DNA of 64,000 nt from Octopus sinensis (taxonomy: Eukaryota): contig NC_042998.1 of assembly GCF_006345805.1 (NCBI RefSeq), positions 131,812,001-131,876,000 of the forward strand, read 5' to 3'. Positions 25,337-39,115 of this stretch are shown here, piece after piece. A model generated the notes under the pieces. The model did no database searches and had not been told where the DNA came from. It saw only the letters and a program-made list of their open reading frames with translations. Position numbers and translations under genes: made by a program. Position 1 is the stretch's first letter. The number at the start of each line of letters is the position of its first letter.

Positions 25337-25735
25337 ACCTTATTTATATAAATTTATATATTTATTTCGTCATTAGATTTACTGCGAGGATATTTTTGAT
25401 CATATCGCACGAGGAGTTTTAGGCGGGCAACTAAAACTGGTCGTGTGCATACGTGCATATATATGTATGTATATGTTCGTATATGCAAGTATATCGTATT
25501 TTGTGTATATATTGTCTTATCGGATGAGATGCTGCATACAGGCTTTTCTTACTAGAATAAAAATATTCTTCAGTGATGTTTACATTTGCTGCTTTTCCAT
25601 GGTTTGTTTTGGTTCTATAGTCCTATTTGGTACCCGTACGGAGTTTGGCGCATATTTATACACATATATAAATATATATGTCCATATATATTGTGGTAGA
25701 GTATATACCATAGTTTTATGTATGTGTGTATATAT

Positions 25736-25855
<120 letters not shown>

Positions 25856-26205
25856 TATGTACAGAAAGAGAGAGCTACTTGCTCTTGCTCAAGTTGAGCA
25901 AGTAGAGGTTGTGCTGAACGTAACGAAAATGTGATGAAGCAGGCGCAACAACTAAGTAGGAAACGCAATCATTCGGTTGTTAGCCTGGTATGTTCTCTCT
26001 AGGGGTTATATTCGCGAAACTGTTTTAGTGTAAGACTAAAATACTCTCATAAACGTTCAATTCATACACTCTATCATATTACATAATTTTCTGCACTTAG
26101 ACACGAAACACACACATATGTGTGTGCATATGTATAAATATATATATATATATGTATATACACATACATATATATATATATATATATCTATATATATATA
26201 TATAA

Positions 26206-26251
<46 letters not shown>

Positions 26252-26477
26252 TTACATACAAACACACGTGCGTATGTATACATCTATGTGTATATAAAGA
26301 GTGTATATAGATATGCGAATACACACACACACACACACAGAATACTCTTATGCACATATACATACACACATACACAATCACATACATACTAACCACACGC
26401 ATGGATTCACATTCATATATGACAGATCTGTTCATTTACTAACAACCTCTAACGTTAATATATGTCTGGAAAAATTT

Positions 26478-26508
<31 letters not shown>

Positions 26509-26859
26509 TGTGATGCAGTGCTTGAAATTTATACTGAATGAACAATTTCAAATACGAATTCGCTCCGCTATAACATTTCGTAGAATATTTAATATACTCA
26601 CAATGAGTAATGGGATTCTTCATTAATAAGCAAACACACAAATAAATAAATAAATTAGTAAATAAATTATAAGTAAATAAATAAATAAATAAAAGCTTTC
26701 TCGCTGACTAAAAGCAGCGGCAGTTTTGCAGAGTGCTTCTTCCATCTACTTCATTAATATGGTGAAAAATAACAATAGCTTAAATCTCCATTTTGATTAC
26801 GAAAAATGAATGTCAGCCATCTTTGTTCCTGCATCCTTTTGTTTTTCTTTGCTTTGATA

Positions 26860-27475
26860 TTATTATTAGTAGTAGTGGTATTGTTATTGTTGTTGTATTT
26901 CCTTTTGTGATGATTGTATTTTGTTTTGTTATGTTGTTATTGTTTAATAATGTTTGTTGTTGTTGTTGTTGTTTTTATATTTAAATATTTTATCGTTGTT
27001 ATTCATCAAAAGAATTTGCAAATGCATCTAGTATTGTTTTATCAATTTAAAACTGATATAAGAAATAACAGCAGCAGCAGAAACAGCAGCAGCAGCAGCA
27101 GAAACAGCAGCAGCAGCAGCAGCTGTAATAAAAATAAGAATAATAACTACAACCATAATTATAATTAAAAAAACACTATATCAACAACAACAACTACAAC
27201 AACAACAATAACAATGGCAATTTGAAACAAAGATAAGAACAATGCTATATATGAGCAGTAAAAATCAACAATTATAAAGTACTGCAATGAATACAACAGC
27301 AAAAGCTGCAAAAGAAATTAGTGCAACAGCAGCAAAAATAAATACAGGAAGAAACATCAAGAGACACAGGAATTCGAATGGTTGTAGGATGAATAATGAA
27401 GATTATAATAATGATAATAATAACAATTACAATAATAATAACAACATCAACAATAATAATAATAATAATGATAAT
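26860..27475. repeat. GTT/AGC/AAC/AAT trinucleotide repeat tract
   Basis: direct reading. Confidence 0.85.
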
Positions 27476-27477
27476 CC

Positions 27478-27890
27478 TTTATATTGTCGGCACAAAGTCA
27501 GAAATTTTGTGGGTCGATTACATCGATTTCAATATTCAGCTGGTTCTTATTTTATCGACCCCGAAAGGATGAAACGTAAAGTCGACTTCGGCAGAAGTTG
27601 ATCTCAGAACATTGAAACGGACGAAATACCGCATTTTGTCCAATTCTACTAACAATTCTTATTTCTTTATTGCCCACAAGGGGCTAAACATAGAAGGGAC
27701 AAACAAGGACAGACAAAGGGGTTAAGTTGATTACATCGAACCCAGTGCATAACTGGTACTTAATTTATCGACCCCGAAAGGATGAAAGGCAAGTCGAGCT
27801 CGGCAGAATTTGAACTCAGAACGTAACGGCAGACGAAATACCACTAAGCATTTCGCCCAGTGTGCTAACGATTCTGCCAGCTCGCCGCCT
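27478..27890 (-). mobile_element. two adjacent SINE family 1 copies (tail B-like and tail A)
   Basis: ATCGACCCCGAAAGGATGAAA occurs twice; head at 27840-27890. Confidence 0.88.
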
Positions 27891-27940
27891 TTTTGATAAT
27901 ATTTACAACAATAAAAATAAGAAGAAGAATAAACAACAAT

Positions 27941-28233
27941 GACGATTTGAAGTGGGAAATACGAAGGTTGTGGTCAACGGGGAGAGTTGATGTGATGCCA
28001 ATAGTAATTGGTGTACTTGGAAGTATCAGCACTCAACTACCAACATGGCTGAAAAAGATTGGTGCAAGTGTGAAGGTAGAACACCTACAAAAATCAGCAT
28101 TGCTTGGAACTGCAAGAATTCTTTTCAGGGTTCTTGAAGCATGACTAGTAAACAAGTGTCACCTTAGTCTGCTGGCTGTGGATATCTGACACTTTCCATC
28201 ATATCCAGCAAAACAGGTTGTGAGTTTTCATCA

Positions 28234-28234
<1 letters not shown>
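27941..28234 (+). mobile_element. R4/Dong-like RLE LINE 3' end (family a)
   Basis: DLKWEIRRLW..VMPIVIGVLG..HLQKSALLGTARIL; followed by (TAA)n. Confidence 0.85.
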
Positions 28235-28266
<32 letters not shown>

Positions 28267-28267
<1 letters not shown>

Positions 28268-28541
28268 TGCTACCTAACTCAGATACCAGGAAATCCCAAA
28301 ATGGCAGAAATTCAAAAGATAGTGCTCATGGGAACTGCTCATATCCTATGCAAAATACTTTCTATGTAATCTCAAGGTTTAAAACAAACATTTTTTTAGA
28401 CATTCACTAGTACAGCACAAAAAAATATATATATATGGCACTCTAGGCATAACAACAACGTGAACTTCCAACCTGTTATCTCTTGAGGTTTCTGAGTGAG
28501 ACTTGGAACCAACTTGTACAAATATAAAGCAAAAGTCAAAC

Positions 28542-28544
<3 letters not shown>
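28267..28544 (+). mobile_element. R4/Dong-like RLE LINE 3' end (family b)
   Basis: YLTQIPGNPKMAEIQKIVLMGTAHIL; same family as 30664-31100; (TAA)n on both sides. Confidence 0.85.
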
Positions 28545-28631
<87 letters not shown>

Positions 28632-29289
28632 GGAACACTGAAAAAAGCGGCTGAGAGCCCCATACCGGCAGCACAAGACCAACCCTGACCACAAATTAGG
28701 GGATAAACCTTAGTGATTGAGTGTCTCCACTGTGCCAAATCTGTAATAGATTTGACAAAACTATTCCTTATATCGTGAAGGAATGCCATTGACTTGCCCA
28801 AAAGCATTATAAGTTGTGGTGACACGATGGCGGAGACTTGCAAAATTCTGTAGGATTTTCCAATCGAAACAGACCAGATGCTTGGGCGCAACAAGCTGAA
28901 CTTAGTGCTGGTGGACAAGATGAACTATGTGCGCTTTATAATTGATGTTGCGTGTCCCATTGTCCCACGAATAGTGAAGAAAGAAGGTGAAAAAATAAAC
29001 GTGAACAATTCTCTGAAATACGAGATAGCTCGACAGTGGAAAGTGAAGGTGAAGATAACGCTAATTATTGTTCAGTCCTTGGGGACAGTATCAGAAGGCA
29101 TCAAGAGGAATATAAGGGAAATAGGAATAGTCTCCATAAGTGCTGTTACAAAAAGTTTGCCTCCTTTGCACAGCCAGAATCATCGGGAAGGTATTAGGTG
29201 AACAGAACAGATAACATAATACTGTAGGCTGCAGGCAGTAAACCCGTTAAGCGTGCAATACTCCGGTACTTCCAAGAAAAACTGAGTTA
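28632..29289 (+). mobile_element. R4/Dong-like RLE LINE 3' part (family c)
   Basis: AAQDQ, CQIC zinc knuckle remnant, DFPIETD..NKLNLVLVDK..IIDVACP; (TAA)n flanks. Confidence 0.82.
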
Positions 29290-29294
29290 TAATA

Positions 29295-29363
<69 letters not shown>

Positions 29364-29368
29364 TTAAT

Positions 29369-29732
29369 AGAAAAGTAAACGCAGGATCATAGATATAGCT
29401 TGCTCAGGTGACAAGGTATGCGATAAGGAAGAAAGCAAAGTCGATAGATATCGCAGGTTAGCTTGGGAGGTTAAGCAGTTGTGGTCGATGAAAAAGGGGG
29501 TAGTAGTATCAGTAACTTTCGGAGCCCTGGGAACAGTGAGTAAAAATCTTGAGAAGTAAATGGAACAAATAGGGACTGCAATAAGTGTGGAGCACTTGCA
29601 GAAAACAACACTGCTTGGAACCGCTGAAATACTCCGGATGGTGCTCGAAAAATATGAGGTGTTACATTAGTTTACTGGTAGTGAACAGCTAGTACCGTGT
29701 TACATCTCCAGCGTTAGAAGCTGTGCAAAGAC
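29369..29732 (+). mobile_element. R4/Dong-like RLE LINE 3' end (family d)
   Basis: RIIDIACSGD..RYRRLAWEVKQLW..FGALGTVSK..HLQKTTLLGTAEILR. Confidence 0.85.
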
Positions 29733-29763
<31 letters not shown>

Positions 29764-29978
29764 GTAATAATAATAGTAATAATAATAGTAATAATAATAG
29801 TAATAATAGTAATAATAATAATAATAATAATAGTAATAATAATAATAGTAATAATAATAGTAGTAGTAATAATAATAGTAATAATAATAATAATAGTTAT
29901 AAGAATGATAATAATAATAATAATAGTAATAATAATGATAATAATAATAGTAGTAGTAATAATAATAATAATAGTAAT

Positions 29979-30017
<39 letters not shown>

Positions 30018-30032
30018 TTAACAATAGTAATT

Positions 30033-30069
<37 letters not shown>

Positions 30070-30560
30070 GTAATTTATAATAATAATAATAATAGTAATT
30101 TATAATAATAATAGTAATTCATAATAATAATAATATTAATAATAGTAATTTATGATAATAATAATAGTTATAATAATAATAGTAATAGTAATAATAATAA
30201 TAATAGTAGTAGTAATAATAATAATAGTAATAATAATAATAATAGTAATAATAATGATAATAATAGTAATAATAATAATAGTAATAATAATAATAATAGT
30301 AATAATAATGATAATAGTAGTAGTATTAATAATAATAATAATAGTAATTTATGATAATAATAATAATAACAATAGTAATTTATAATAATAATAATAATAT
30401 AGTAATTTATAATAATAATAATAATAATAATAATAGTAATTCATAATAATAATAATAATAATAATAATAATTTATGATAATAATAATAATAATAATAGTA
30501 ATTTATAATAATACTAATAATAGTAGTAATTTATAATAATAATAATAATGGTAATTTATG

Positions 30561-30620
<60 letters not shown>

Positions 30621-30663
30621 GTAATTTATAATATAATAATAATAATAATAGTAATAATAATAA
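29733..30663. repeat. ~930-bp (TAA)n array with recurrent AGTAATTT variant units
   Basis: direct reading. Confidence 0.95.
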
Positions 30664-31100
30664 TGAAAACTAAAAAGAAATCAGCAAAATCAGCAAAATG
30701 TGGTACCTGAAGACTAAAAGATCTTGAAATAGAAATCAGCAAAATGTGGAACCTGAAGACTAAAACAATACCTGTTGTCATAGGTGCCCTGGGAATGATA
30801 GCAAAAGGGCTGATAGCTACCTAACTCAGATACCAGGAAACCCCAAAATGGCAGAAATTGAAAAGATAGTGCTCATGGGAATTGCTCATATCCTACACAA
30901 AATACTTTCTATGTAATCTCAAGGTTTAAAACAAACATAATTTTTTTTTTAGACATTCATTAGTACTACACACCCCCCCCCCCCCAATATATGGCACACT
31001 AGGCATAACAACAACATGAACTTCCAACCTGTTGTCTCTTGAGGTCTCTGGGTGAGACTTGGAGCCAACTTGTACAAATATAAAGTAAAACTCAAACATA
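30664..31100 (+). mobile_element. R4/Dong-like RLE LINE 3' end (family b) with a 5' junction duplication
   Basis: KDLEIEISKMWNLKTKTIPVVIGALG..IEKIVLMGIAHIL. Confidence 0.87.
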
Positions 31101-31108
31101 GAATAATA

Positions 31109-31171
<63 letters not shown>

Positions 31172-31729
31172 TAGATGCCCTAATGCAGTACGAGGCAGTG
31201 GCTTTCATGGCTTCTTGTCTTAACTGATTGGAAGTGTTATCATGTACATTGTTTTGTCTTGGTTATAAAAGATGGGCTACAGCAAATATTCTGCTCAACA
31301 CCACGGATTTGCTTGTCAGTTGCTTGACCGTAACCATTTGAGCATGTCCCTTAGTGGCTAATGATATGTGCATCTCTGATCCCGAGAAGAAGTAGTGGGG
31401 GAGGGTGCATCATAGCTATGTGTTGAAAGGATTTCTTTGGGGTTTCGATACATCACGTTTCGAAACTTGGGTGTTTTGTTCAACATCTTTAAACAACTTT
31501 TATTCAGGGATCTTTTGAGCGGAATGGGCTACTCGACCTGAATAAAATTCTAACTGAGCCCCCGCCTGCAGGGTCATGCACTGTTTATCTTGATATGAGA
31601 TCAACATGTCGCGCACATATGGTTGTGATGCATGTGCCTGGTGTACTTTTATCAGACGGGTAGTCATGATGGGTATACTGGGCTTCGTATATTTTATCCC
31701 AGTGTCACTGATGTCATGCGTTTCTCTCT

Positions 31730-32185
31730 CACTCAACAGCAGCAGTAGTAGTAGTAGTTGCAGAAGCAGCAACATAAGGGGAGTTGGTTGTTACGATAAA
31801 TGTAGCAGGAACTGCAGGATCAGGAGGAAGAGCAGCAACAAAATCAGAGATGCAGCAATGATGGCAGAAGTATAGCACCAACATGCATATCAGTGACAGA
31901 AAGAACAACAGTAAAATTAACAAAGATAAGAACACCACCACCAACAACAACAACAAGGGCGTATTATAATAGTAACTAAAACAATTAGTGACAGGAAGAA
32001 CAACTGTAATAACAACAGCAACAACAACAACAACAAATAAACATCAACTAAAACGAGAGCAGCGCAAAAATATAAAATACAACAAAATTGGAGAATAAAA
32101 GACGACAGCCCTAACGACGATGACGATGATGATGACAATAGCAGCTGTAATAATTATTCGCAACAACAACAACAACAACAACAAT
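31730..32185. repeat. AGC/AAC/GAT trinucleotide-rich tract
   Basis: direct reading. Confidence 0.8.
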
Positions 32186-32334
32186 AAGAAAACAGTAACT
32201 GGTGCGATTATGAGAACGATAATGAGCCAACAATTCTCTACGTTGTTCTTAAGAATGTTAGAAATAGTAGCTACATGTTCTTCGCATTACACTATAGCTT
32301 TTAAAAGGATAAACACATTAGATCCCATATTAAT

Positions 32335-33072
32335 CTCTTTATTGCCCACAGGGGGTTAAACATAGAGGGAACACACAAGGACAATGGGATTAAGTCGATT
32401 ACATTGACCCCAGTGCGTAACTGGTACTTATTTCGGCGGAATTTGAACTCAGAACGTAACGGCAGACGAAGTACCTATTTCTCTACTACCCACAAGAGGC
32501 TAAACACAGAGAGGACAAACAAGGACAGACAAATGGATTAAGTCGATTACATCGACCCCAGTGCGTAACTGGTACTTAATTTATCGACCTCGAAAGGATG
32601 AAAGGCAAAGTCGACCTCGGCGGAATTTGAACTCAGAACGTAACGGCAGACGAAATACCTATTCCTTTACTACCCACAAGAGGCTAAACACAGAGAGGAC
32701 AAACAAGGACAGACAAACGGATTAAGTCGATTATATCGACTCCAGTGCATAGCTAGTACTTAATTTATCGACCCCGAAAGGATGAATAGCAAAGTCGAAC
32801 TCGGCGAAATTTGAACTCACAACGTAACAGCAGACGAGATACCTATTTCTTTATTACCCACAAGGGGCTAAACACAGAGGAGACAAACAAGGACTGACAT
32901 AGGTATTAAGTCGTTTACATCGACCCCAGTGCGTAACTGGTACTTAATTTATCGACCCCGAAAGGATGAAAGGCAAAGTCGACCTCGGCGGAATTTGAAC
33001 TCACAACGTAACGGCAGACGAGATACCGTTAAGTATTTCACCTGGCGTGCTAACGTTTCTGCCAGCTCGCTA
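32335..33072 (-). mobile_element. SINE family 1 tandem array (one head + four units, 184-nt period)
   Basis: junctions at 32474/5, 32658/9 and 32842/3; head begins at 33027; the leftmost unit is internally deleted. Confidence 0.92.
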
Positions 33073-33509
33073 CCTTATTGAATTCCATATTCCTAGATAA
33101 ATGCGCGCGCGCTCTCGCGTGTGTGTGTGTGTGTATGAGCGTGGGTATGTGTGTATGTACCCCTGTGTGCGTATGTGCCTCTGTGTGTGTGTATGTGTGT
33201 GCGTATTTTAATGGCTTACACAGAGAAAAATGGGAAACGCCCATGGTCCTTGTTAGTGGAAGGAAGGAATCTATTCTCAGTTCCCAGACTAGATCTCAAT
33301 GCTTAGAATAGTGTGAACACCAAGGAACCTGAGCAAGATGCTACATGTCTTTGTTAAACTGGGCCTAGGACTCAATCATAATCCAAAAACAGGAACTGCA
33401 CCATCAGCCGAGCTTCCACAAGCTTCACTCAATTAAATTCTACTCACATCACATTTTGTCGACCTGTGTGATTGAATTCAGTGTTAATAAGCCACCTTCT
33501 TAATCCCTT

Positions 33510-33690
33510 TCTACAGTAGGCACAAGGCCTGGATTATGTGGGGGAAGGGAACATTCTATTACATCGAACCCAGCACTTGACTGGTACTTGATTTATCGAC
33601 CCCGAAAGGATGAAATATAATGTCAACCTCAGCGGGATTTGAACTCAGAACGTGGCGGCAGATGAAATACAGCTAAGCATTTCCCCCGCC
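33510..33690 (-). mobile_element. SINE family 1, tail B
   Basis: homology to the other copies. Confidence 0.8.
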
Positions 33691-33825
33691 TTTACCTTCT
33701 TAATCGTAGTCATGATTATAGCCAAAGACACAATTGGACATATTAGATCATATAGAGCTAAATAGAAACCGGAAATCACGAGTTCACAAAAGCGTACACG
33801 TGATAGTTACGGGTAGAATGCTTTG

Positions 33826-33948
33826 TCGACTTTGCCTTTCCTCCTTTCGGGGTTGATAAATTACGCACTGGGGTTGATGTAATTGACTTAATCCCTTTGT
33901 CTGTCCTTATTTGTCCCCTCTATGTTTAGCCCCTTGTGGGCAATAAAG
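33826..33948 (+). mobile_element. SINE family 1, 5'-truncated, tail A
   Basis: core plus tail A. Confidence 0.82.
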
Positions 33949-34242
33949 AATCAAGAATGCTTTTCATCATACGTCTACTAAATTTGAGGCTCAATAACTG
34001 CAACAAAACACACACCCCAAGAGCTAACGAAGGAGCCTTTATGTGGTCGAGCGACCTTCCAAATATCGTAGCCAAATTATCCCTCGGTCGTCTAAAGACT
34101 AAAACGAATGTGATATGTGATGATATAAATGCACTCCTTTTGTAAGTAACACAGGATGCTCTCGGATAGAATACCTCTTGATCGTATTATCTGCACAATC
34201 ACGCGTAATGAAGAACTAAACAACAAAAACAGCTATAATAAT

Positions 34243-34460
34243 CCTTTCTACTAAAGGCACAAGGCCTGAAATTTGAGGGGAGAGACTAAATGGATTACAT
34301 CGACCCCAGTATTTCACTGGTACTGTAATTTATCGATCCCGAAAGGATGAAAGGCAAAGTCGCCCTCGGCGGAATTTTCAACTCAGACCGTAAAGATGGA
34401 TGAAATACTGTTGAGCATTTTGCTCGGCGTGCTAATTAATGATTCTGCCAGCTCGCCGCG
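34243..34460 (-). mobile_element. SINE family 1, tail B
   Basis: homology to the other copies. Confidence 0.87.
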
Positions 34461-34467
34461 TTAATAA

Positions 34468-34524
<57 letters not shown>

Positions 34525-35040
34525 TAATAATAATGATGTTGATAATGATAATTAATAATAATGATGTTGATGATAATAATAATGATGATAATGATGATAA
34601 TGATAATACTAATGATGATAATAATAATAATAATGAGGATGATGATGATGATGATAATAATAATAATGATAATGATAATTAATAATAATGATGTTGATGA
34701 TAATAATAATGATGATAATGATGATAATGATAATAATAATGATGATAATAATAATAATATAATGTTGATTATGATGATAATAATTATGATGATGATGATG
34801 ATGATAATAATAATAACAGCAACTGCAGCAAGAAGAAGCGTGAAACAAAAGCTCAAAAATAAACTAGATCTAACGCAAGGAATAGCAACAAATCCTACAA
34901 CTGCAAGAACACTTAGCAACAACAATCGGAAGAAGAATAGCTCGACCTACAACACAATCACCACCACCACCACCACCACCACCGCCGCTGCCACAGACGA
35001 TAGCAATAACAACAACGACAAAAAATAACAACAGCAACAG
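34468..35040. repeat. AAT/GAT/ACC trinucleotide tract
   Basis: direct reading. Confidence 0.9.
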
Positions 35041-35239
35041 CAATTGCGGTAGCTTCACCGTTTGGACGATACAGTACATAATTAGCATGCAGGTAGATTT
35101 AGCATCGAAGCGAATGCAGCAGCATGCAGAGAAGAATGTAACCGACAACGGTCACGGTAAATTCCTGGAAGTTATGAATATGTAATTAAAATTGTAAACA
35201 ACTAACAATAGACACACAGATACACGCGCCTGCGCATAT

Positions 35240-35466
35240 GTTCCTATGCAAAACCAACATAGCCACACACACACACACACACACCCTCCACACACATACT
35301 CTCATATTTGTGTGTGTGAGAGAGAGAGTGTGTGTGAGAGAGAGAGAGTGTGTGTGCGTGTGTGTGTGAGACAGAGTGTGTGTGACAGTTCGTGTATGTG
35401 CGTGTGTATGTGCGCATATGTGTGCGTATGTTTGTGTTCACGTATATAAACACATACATATATACG

Positions 35467-35497
<31 letters not shown>

Positions 35498-35981
35498 GCG
35501 TATGTGTGATATTTAAAGTATATATATCTATATTCATATACATACACATATATACATTTCCAGATATGCATATACATGTACATACACACATATATACATA
35601 CATATATATATATATTTATATTATCTGCATATGTGTATGTGTGTGGTTTGTACAGTCACCCTACACATACGTATGCGTAGTTGTGTGTGTGCGCTTACAT
35701 ATATATATAAATATTCGCATATATATATGCACATATATATCAGTATTAGTATATCATTACACATGTATATACATACATACTGACACACCCACACACACAC
35801 ACATACACACACATATATATATATAGATAGATACATATATATCAGTATATATATGTATATGTATATTTATATATCTATCTATATCTCTAGTAATATATAT
35901 ATATATATATACATATATATTTATGTATATATATATATGTGTGTGTATATATATATACATATGTATGTAGGCATATATATA

Positions 35982-36020
<39 letters not shown>

Positions 36021-36184
36021 GTATGTAGGCATATATATATATATGTGTGTATATATATATATGTATATATATATATGTATGTATGTAGGCATATATATAT
36101 ATATATGTATATATATACATATATATATCCTTGATGCCTACACAAAAACATAACCATGCACACACACATACACACACACACACA

Positions 36185-36227
<43 letters not shown>

Positions 36228-36639
36228 CATACACACATACACGTATGCAATCATGGATGCTGGTGTTTATGTTTATATGTCTAAATGAATGTGAAACGGA
36301 AACATAATACTCTCAGAACTTTTTGAATTAAAATGTTTGGTGAAATGTATAATTTTAAAGTAGCAAAGCAAGCATGAACAACAACAACAACCACCACAAC
36401 AACATTAAGATCAACAACAACAACATTATCATCATCATCATCAACAGTATCAATGAACACAAGTACCGACAGCAGCAGCAACAAGAACTGTAAAAATAAC
36501 AAGTACGTCCACAGAGTGCTGTAACATAAAATGTCTTGCATAATGCATACATAATTCCGGATTTATGTATCATCATCAGCATCACCACCAACAACACCAC
36601 CGTTTCATCATCATCATCATCGTTATCATCATCATTGTT

Positions 36640-36686
<47 letters not shown>

Positions 36687-36797
36687 GTTCATCATATTTC
36701 CATCTTCAGACCAATAAGTACAATATTAATATAAACACCAGTATCACCGTTGCAGTTGCTGCTGCTGTTGCTGCTGCTGCTACTGCTGCTGCTGCTG

Positions 36798-36870
<73 letters not shown>
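35240..36870. repeat. compound CA/GT/TA then ATC/GCT/ACT microsatellite tract
   Basis: direct reading. Confidence 0.9.
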
Positions 36871-36871
<1 letters not shown>

Positions 36872-37423
36872 GCCGCGACAGTTTGCAAATGTCTTCATAT
36901 TACCGTGACTAGAACCATCTATATACACACACAAAAACACCCAGCTCCAACCACACACACACACACACACACAAACCTACACGTACATAAACACTCTCTT
37001 AGACCAACCTACACAAACACATACGCACACACACTCCGCATTACACATATAAATCTATACGAATACACACACAAGCACATCCATAAACATACATGCACAC
37101 ACACACACACACACACACACTGCAGACATACATGCAGCCATTAATTTACTACATGAATAACTAAATTCTTACACAAATCCATTCCAATGGAGAGATATAA
37201 GCGTTGAGTTTATAAAAGACCTGCAATAGAATATCAAATTGAAATCTTTCTCACTCTTTTACACAATTTGGTCTAATATGCCACTCAACCAAGCCAGCGA
37301 CGTAGCCTTTATCTGTTTGTTCGATATGATAGAAATAGCAACCAATTCTCCCTCAGTGAACATCTCAATATTCCTTTTTTGAATATAAAGATTTCGGAAG
37401 GATATTTTTTATAATGTATAGGT

Positions 37424-37767
37424 CAGGGGTTCACATTTTCTTATGTGTTGGGTCCCTTTGATTACTATTTTATTCTGGTGGACCCCCAGAGCCATTCGAT
37501 GTTTAAAAAGCAGTTTTATAGAAACTTCTTTTAATATCCCTATTTTGTTTTTCATACATTTACTTGTATAGGTTAAACTAAGCTAAATGTTAGAGAAAGA
37601 AACCCAGCTATTTCTTGCAACACATACCAATACATACATGTAAAGTAAAATGGTTTTAGGGGCTCTTAGAATACGATTGTCGATCTCCAATTTACTATTT
37701 TGTTGCGAGGATCCTAAAAATCTTATATGGACCCCTAGAGGCCATATGGCCCTGTTGAGCACCACTG
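37424..37767. mobile_element. hAT (Charlie/Buster-type) MITE
   Basis: termini CAGGGGTTCACA / TTGAGCACCACTG; flanks GTATAGGT and GTCTAGAT (6 of 8 match, consistent with an 8-bp TSD). Confidence 0.6.
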
Positions 37768-38212
37768 GTCTAGATACATATTAACCTTTTGCCTGAGCAG
37801 TGTATCATATGTAATACACAGGTCATATTTCCTCTGCGTCCATGCATCGTATATGAGAGATATTACCACCCATTTTTTCAACCAGCAGAGTAACTTGAGA
37901 CTTATGAAAGCGAAGCTTTATGTTGCTCAGAACCTGTGAAACAAAAGACAAACAAAGTATGACAACAAGCGTGGACGTTAAAGACAAGACCTATGAAAAT
38001 ATATAGGACAGGCAAAAAGTTAAACGATGAGTTGGGACAGAAGGAATGCTTTTGATCAGAGGCTTATTCAATCAGGTTTAACCTTTTATTAAATCAATAT
38101 CAGCGGCTACTTTTTAACGTTCTGGTTTCAAAACCTCGCAGAGCTTGTCTTTGCAGTCTACCCGCCACCCCAACAACATTCAGTATTGAGTGCATTGAAC
38201 AAATATCGAGCG

Positions 38213-38440
38213 TATAGGTGCAAGCATGACTGTGTGGTTAAGAAACTGGCTTCGCAACCACGTTGTTTTAGGTTCAGTCTCACTGCATGGTATATGGAAC
38301 AAGTGTCTTCAACTATAGCCTCGGGTCGACCAATGACTTGTGAGTGAATTTGGTATACGGAGACTATGTTGAATCCCGTCGTATATACGTATATGCTTGT
38401 GTTTGAATTTCCGTTTGTCCCATCGCCGTTTAACAACTTC
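38213..38440 (+). mobile_element. SINE family 2, 5' half
   Basis: homologous to 15265-15500. Confidence 0.8.
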
Positions 38441-38689
38441 ATTTTCGCTTCTTTACCGGGTGTTAAACTGTTACCTACGCACCACCTCTACTTGTTATAA
38501 ATATATTTAGAAATAAGATGACAGCAAGAAGCCAGCCTCTGCTTCCCTGCGTGGTCGTCTGAACTTGTTAGTTATAGAAGTTAAACTGATTTCAAAATAC
38601 ATCCAACATCTTGAAAGAGGTGAAGCGCACGTTGAGTACTATATCAGAAACAGGTTCGAGAGAGGATCTGCGTGCTTTTTCTCTGGTTT

Positions 38690-39115
38690 GTAAAGCCAAA
38701 CTTTTATTTACTTTTATTATTTTACTTGTTTCAGTTATTTGACTGCATCCATACTAGAGCACCGCCTTGAAGGAATTTAGTCGAACAAATCGACCCCAAG
38801 TCTTATTTCTTAAGTCTAGTACTTAATCCATCGGTCTATTGTGCCGAACTGCTGTTACGGGGACATAAATACACCAGCACCGGTTGTCAAGCGATGATGG
38901 GGATACAAACACAAACACAATGACACACACAAACATCAATGTATAGAGATATATATACGACGGCCTTCTTTCAGTTTTCGTCTACCAAAACCACTCACAA
39001 AGCTTTGGTCAGACCTAGGCTATAGTAGAAGACACTTGCCCAAGATGCCACGCGGTGGGAATGAACCCGGAACCATATGGTTGAGTAGCATGCTTCTTAC
39101 TACACAGCTACGCCT
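38690..39115 (-). mobile_element. SINE family 2, full length
   Basis: reverse complement is homologous to 15265-15685. Confidence 0.85.

Noticed and set aside
25415-25445. Hairpin AGTTTTAG/CTAAAACT as a Helitron 3' end
   Set aside because: AT-rich stem, non-canonical terminus and no matching 5' TC end identified.
32335-33072. CRISPR-like periodic array
   Set aside because: The whole 184-nt unit is repeated with no unique spacers, there are no cas genes, and the context is eukaryotic.
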